Of a DNA stretch of 64,000 nucleotides, positions 60,278 to 64,000 are shown piece by piece. The notes beneath the pieces were generated by a model. The model ran no database searches. It was not told the DNA's origin and saw nothing but the letters and a program-made list of their open reading frames with translations. A program made the translations under genes and the position numbers. Source of the stretch: Vicinamibacteria bacterium (GTDB lineage: Bacteria; Acidobacteriota; Vicinamibacteria; Vicinamibacterales; UBA8438); the NCBI GenBank assembly GCA_963578805.1, contig CAUZDY010000002.1:11954-75953 (forward strand), given 5' to 3'. How positions within the stretch are numbered: position 1 is the stretch's first letter; each line of letters opens with the position of its first letter.

Positions 60278-62959
60278 ATGCCACTACCGAGCGCCACCCG
60301 GCTCTTTCTAATCGATGGCAGCTCGCAGATGTATCGCGCATACCATGCGATCAGAGGGCTCACCGGACCTGACGGACGCTCAACGAACGCGGTGTATGGG
60401 TTCATCACAATGCTCTCTAAGCTGATCGCCGACCACCAGCCGGAACTGATCGCCGCCGCATTCGACCTCCCTGGGCCGACGTTCCGATCTGAGCTCGTCG
60501 GCGACTACAAAGCCAATCGGGCACCGATGCCCCCAGACCTCGTGGAGCAGGTTCCGTGGGTGCACGAGGCGTGCGAGGCGATCGGCGTCCCCGTGCTGAC
60601 ATCAGAAACATACGAGGCAGATGACGTCATCGGCACGCTGGCCGTGCAAGCCGTCGCCGAAAACTTCGAGGTGGTCATCGTAACCAGTGACAAGGATTTC
60701 TTTCAGCTCGTCGGCGGACCGGTCCGCGTCTTTGACCCGCGTGACACAGGGTCCTGGTACGACTCCGATGCAGTCAAGGAGAAGATGGGGGTAATGCCCG
60801 CACAGGTGATCGATGTTCTCTCGCTGATGGGCGATGCCGTCGACAACGTCAAAGGCGTCCCAGGCATCGGCAAGAAGGGAGCGCGGGAACTCGTCGGCAC
60901 GTTCGGGTCACTTGACGAGCTACTCAAACACGTCTCAGAGATCCCCCAGAAGCGCTACCGCACCGCCCTGCTCAGTCATGCGGACGCGGCCCGTCAGAGC
61001 CAGGACCTTGTCCGAATCCGGACGGATGCGCCGGTTCCGTTCCATTCCGACACACTACGGTATCGAGGTCCCGATGCGACTCGATGCTTCAAGCTCTTCT
61101 CCGCCCTTGGGTTCCGTACACTGATCGCCGAGTACGCGCCGACCGTGAAAACGGTCGCCAAGGACTATGCGATCGTGCAATCGGCATCGCAGCTCGACGC
61201 GCTAATCACAGCAGTGCGATCGAACGGCGCGTGCAGCATCCGAGTCATCAGTGACTCCTCGGATACCATGCGGTCCGGGCTTGTCGGAATCACGCTATCG
61301 ACAGAGCCAGGACACGCGCGGTACATCCCGATCGGACATCGTGCACTCCGAGACGTCAACGACGTCGATACGACCACCGCACTCGCACGACTCGCACTGG
61401 TGCTGGAGGACTCGTCGATTCGAAAGATCGGCCACGATCTCAAGTCGGATTGCCTGATTCTTGGGCGACTCGGCGTGGAGCTGGGCGGCCTGGAGTTCGA
61501 CACGCTCCTATTGAGCTACCTGCTCGATTCAACACGGCCAACCCACAAATTGGAGGACTTGTCGCTGGAGCAGCTCGGCTATCGCATGGTCGCCACCGAG
61601 GACCTCCTCGGGCGCGGCGTAAAGGCCCTAAGCTTCGCGGACCTTCCTCCTGACGCGGTCTTGGACTACGCCGGTGAACGGTCAGACATCGCCCTCCAGA
61701 TCGCCGAGCGGATGGCGCCTCGATTGACGGTCGAAGGGGTCGATGCCGTCTACGCCGAGCTGGAGCGTCCACTCGTCCCGGTCTTAATCGCCATCGAGCG
61801 CGTGGGGGTTCGTATCGACACTGAAGCCCTCTCCGTCATATCGACTCGGGTCGGACGCGAACTCGAGGCGCATCAGAATGAGATACACGAGCTAGCCGGA
61901 GTGGAATTCAACATCAACTCGCCCAAGCAGCTCTCGGGAGTCCTGTTTGACCACTTGCAGCTCCCGACCCTCAAACGAACTGGGAAAACGCGAGCGGCCT
62001 CGACCTCGGCCGAGGTGCTTGAAGAGCTCTCGCGGGTCCACGATCTGCCCCGTAAGGTCCTCGAGTGGCGTAGTCTTCAGAAACTTAAAAGCACCTACAT
62101 CGACGCCCTGCCGCTGCTAGTCAACCCAGAGACCGGTCGAGTGCATACGTCGTTCAACCAGGCCGTCGCGGCGACTGGTCGTCTCAGTAGTAGCGATCCC
62201 AACCTCCAAAATATTCCGATCCGAACGAAGCTCGGGCAAGAGATCCGTCGGGCATTCATCGCCGACCCAGGGGCGGTCATGATCTCGGCCGACTACTCGC
62301 AGATCGAGCTACGAGTTCTCGCGCATCTCTCGGGCGACGCGACGTTGATCGAGGCCTTTCGCCGGGGAGAGGACATCCACCAGCAAACCGCCAACCGGGT
62401 GTTTGGCCAGAACAGTGGGTTGGACCAACACGAGCTACGCCGTCGGGCCAAGATCGTGAATTACGCCCTTCTGTACGGGAAGACAGCATTCACGCTGGCC
62501 CGCGACATCGGTGTCAGTCAGCAGGCGGCCCAGGAGTTCATCGACGCTTACTTCGATGGTTTTCCTGCGGTCCGGACTTACATCGACACGGTCGTGGAAG
62601 AGGCCCGCGAGACAGGTGTTGTGACGACGATGTTCGGTCGCCGGCGACTTGTGCCTGAACTCACAAGCAAAAACGGTCAGATCCGGGCTGCCGCAGAGCG
62701 GGTGGCAGTCAATATGCCGATCCAGGGCACTGCCGCCGATATCCTTAAGCGCGCCATGATCGACATCCATGGGACGCTACCAGCCGGGGCCCGAATGATT
62801 CTCACGGTTCACGACGAGCTCTTGTTCGAAGTTTCAGAAGTCGGAGCCCAGGAAACTGCCGAATTCGCGCGTCAGCGAATGGAGCGGGCGGCGGTGCTCG
62901 ACGTTCCCTTGACCGTGGATGTCGGTATCGGACAAAACTGGAAAGACGCGAAGAGCTGA
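60278..62959 (+). CDS. polA: DNA polymerase I
   Basis: 5' nuclease LFLIDGSSQMYRAYHA. 3'-5' exonuclease-like region. Pol motifs DYSQIELRVLAH, RRRAKIVNYALLYG, VHDELLFE. Confidence 0.97.
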   Translation: MPLPSATRLFLIDGSSQMYRAYHAIRGLTGPDGRSTNAVYGFITMLSKLIADHQPELIAAAFDLPGPTFRSELVGDYKANRAPMPPDLVEQVPWVHEACEAIGVPVLTSETYEADDVIGTLAVQAVAENFEVVIVTSDKDFFQLVGGPVRVFDPRDTGSWYDSDAVKEKMGVMPAQVIDVLSLMGDAVDNVKGVPGIGKKGARELVGTFGSLDELLKHVSEIPQKRYRTALLSHADAARQSQDLVRIRTDAPVPFHSDTLRYRGPDATRCFKLFSALGFRTLIAEYAPTVKTVAKDYAIVQSASQLDALITAVRSNGACSIRVISDSSDTMRSGLVGITLSTEPGHARYIPIGHRALRDVNDVDTTTALARLALVLEDSSIRKIGHDLKSDCLILGRLGVELGGLEFDTLLLSYLLDSTRPTHKLEDLSLEQLGYRMVATEDLLGRGVKALSFADLPPDAVLDYAGERSDIALQIAERMAPRLTVEGVDAVYAELERPLVPVLIAIERVGVRIDTEALSVISTRVGRELEAHQNEIHELAGVEFNINSPKQLSGVLFDHLQLPTLKRTGKTRAASTSAEVLEELSRVHDLPRKVLEWRSLQKLKSTYIDALPLLVNPETGRVHTSFNQAVAATGRLSSSDPNLQNIPIRTKLGQEIRRAFIADPGAVMISADYSQIELRVLAHLSGDATLIEAFRRGEDIHQQTANRVFGQNSGLDQHELRRRAKIVNYALLYGKTAFTLARDIGVSQQAAQEFIDAYFDGFPAVRTYIDTVVEEARETGVVTTMFGRRRLVPELTSKNGQIRAAAERVAVNMPIQGTAADILKRAMIDIHGTLPAGARMILTVHDELLFEVSEVGAQETAEFARQRMERAAVLDVPLTVDVGIGQNWKDAKS

Positions 62960-62984
62960 CTCCGTCTGCCGTATAATCCGCTCA

Positions 62985-64000
62985 TTGGTTGAACCCACCG
63001 TCATTCCTCGCGCCGATCACTCAATTTCCCGCGACCAGATCGATCCCGACGCGCTCAAGGTGCTGTATCGCCTGCGCAAGTTCCACCACCAGGCCTGCCT
63101 AGTGGGCGGCGGGGTCCGAGACCTACTTCTAGGCCGGGCCCCTAAAGACTTTGACATCGGAACCTCGGCTCACCCCAACGAGGTCAAGCGGATCTTTCGG
63201 AACTGCTGGATCATCGGGCGACGCTTCCGGCTGGCCCATGTCAAGTTCGGCCCGAAGACAATTGAGGTCGCAACGTTTCGGCGTCTGGTGACACCCGACG
63301 AGCTTGCCGCCGCTGAAGCTGAAGATGAGCGTGCCGCACAAGCCCGAACTGACGCCGGTAACAAAGCGCCGCGCCGCCCGATCCGCCGAGACAACACTTT
63401 CGGGACGGCAGAGGAAGACGCGTTTCGACGGGACTTTACGATCAACGCGTTGTTCTATGACATCGCAACGTTCTCGGTCATCGACTACGTCGGTGGTATG
63501 GAGGACCTGCGAGCGGGGGTAATTCGATCGATCGGCGACCCGGGCGAACGGTTTATAGAGGACCCCGTGCGGATGCTCAGGGCTCTCTCGTTCACGGCGC
63601 GGTTGGGATTCACGCTCGATCCGCCGGTCCAACGTGCCATCAAACGCCACAAAGCCGAGATTGGCAAGGCGTCCCCAGCCCGCATGATCGAGGAGCTGTA
63701 CAAGATCCTTCGCAGCGGATTCGCGACACCAATCTTCCGATCACTGTCGGAACATGGGCTCCTGGAGTCCATTGCGCCGGAGGTTGAGCGGCGAAAGACA
63801 AGCTCACTCTGGCGGTCATTGGAACTTCTCGACACATATCGGACGAGATTTGAGAGTGCACCAGGCACGCTTACCAACCCGATCCTGTTGGGTAGCCTCG
63901 TGCAACCGGTCCAGCCACTCGACCTAACGCCACGACGGCGTGACGACAAACGTCCTCTCGACGTCAAATTGGGTCAGCTCCCCGTTGCACGCCGGGACGT
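62985..64000 (+). CDS. pcnB: Poly(A) polymerase I / tRNA nucleotidyltransferase family (PcnB-like), 3' end outside window
   Basis: Not in the ORF track because it is open to the window end. Translation ...VIPRADHSISRDQIDPDALKVLYRLRKFHHQACLVGGGVRDLLLGRAPKDFDIGTSAHPNEVKRIFRNCWIIGRRFRLAHVKFG...RRDFTINALFYD matches PcnB. The only canonical-type start in frame is TTG 62985. Confidence 0.85.
   Translation, partial: MVEPTVIPRADHSISRDQIDPDALKVLYRLRKFHHQACLVGGGVRDLLLGRAPKDFDIGTSAHPNEVKRIFRNCWIIGRRFRLAHVKFGPKTIEVATFRRLVTPDELAAAEAEDERAAQARTDAGNKAPRRPIRRDNTFGTAEEDAFRRDFTINALFYDIATFSVIDYVGGMEDLRAGVIRSIGDPGERFIEDPVRMLRALSFTARLGFTLDPPVQRAIKRHKAEIGKASPARMIEELYKILRSGFATPIFRSLSEHGLLESIAPEVERRKTSSLWRSLELLDTYRTRFESAPGTLTNPILLGSLVQPVQPLDLTPRRRDDKRPLDVKLGQLPVARRD

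Noticed and set aside
1-64000. CRISPR arrays, transposases/IS elements, integrases, rRNA genes, intact tRNA genes
   Set aside because: Looked for regularly spaced direct repeats, DDE/tyrosine-recombinase motifs and rRNA/tRNA signatures on both strands. None was found apart from the tRNA-Leu fragment.

Overview
GC-rich bacterial chromosomal segment. The gene content (CarboxypepD_reg-type outer-membrane proteins, a deoxyhypusine-synthase-like gene, a sigma54 two-component pair) suggests Acidobacteriota, but that is inference only. About 65 protein genes are supportable. Left to right: the end of an iron/cobalamin-type ABC importer; a decayed isc locus (iscR, iscS remnant, iscA) next to a trehalose-6-P synthase remnant; a CysO/JAMM/CysM-rhodanese/MoeZ sulfur-carrier cluster; a Feo ferrous-iron locus with an unusual membrane-anchored DtxR-FeoA-FeoA protein and a divergent IdeR-like repressor; a ~3.4 kb lower-GC mosaic segment (14.95-18.4 kb) bounded by a truncated beta-propeller gene and a tRNA-Leu(CAA) 3' fragment; a porin/CuA-type cupredoxin/di-haem operon; queD; a deoxyhypusine-synthase-like gene abutting a PIN-like nuclease; fabI; a near-complete arginine regulon (argH, argG, argR, argC, argB, argD, a GNAT gene, argJ, argF) with an ARG-box-like site; purE, purD, rpsU; a frameshifted decaprenyl-phosphate phosphoribosyltransferase gene followed by four glycosyltransferases; an NtrC-type regulator with a PDZ-containing sensor kinase and two envelope proteins; gpmI; a methylmalonyl-CoA mutase catalytic subunit; ino1; a ZIP transporter; polA; and the start of pcnB. 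No CRISPR array, transposase, integrase or rRNA was seen. Most noteworthy: (1) an unlisted 51-codon sORF with a colicin-V-like double-glycine leader inside the mosaic segment; (2) two diverged ~120-nt intergenic elements with compensatory stem changes bracketing a two-gene cassette; (3) the tightly coupled porin/cupredoxin/di-haem operon with a palindromic operator related to one at the feo/ideR promoter; (4) the sulfur-carrier cluster, which has a C-terminally extended ubiquitin-like protein and a CysM-rhodanese fusion; (5) many internally deleted, truncated or frameshifted genes. All functional calls rest on reading motifs in the supplied translations. No database search was possible.
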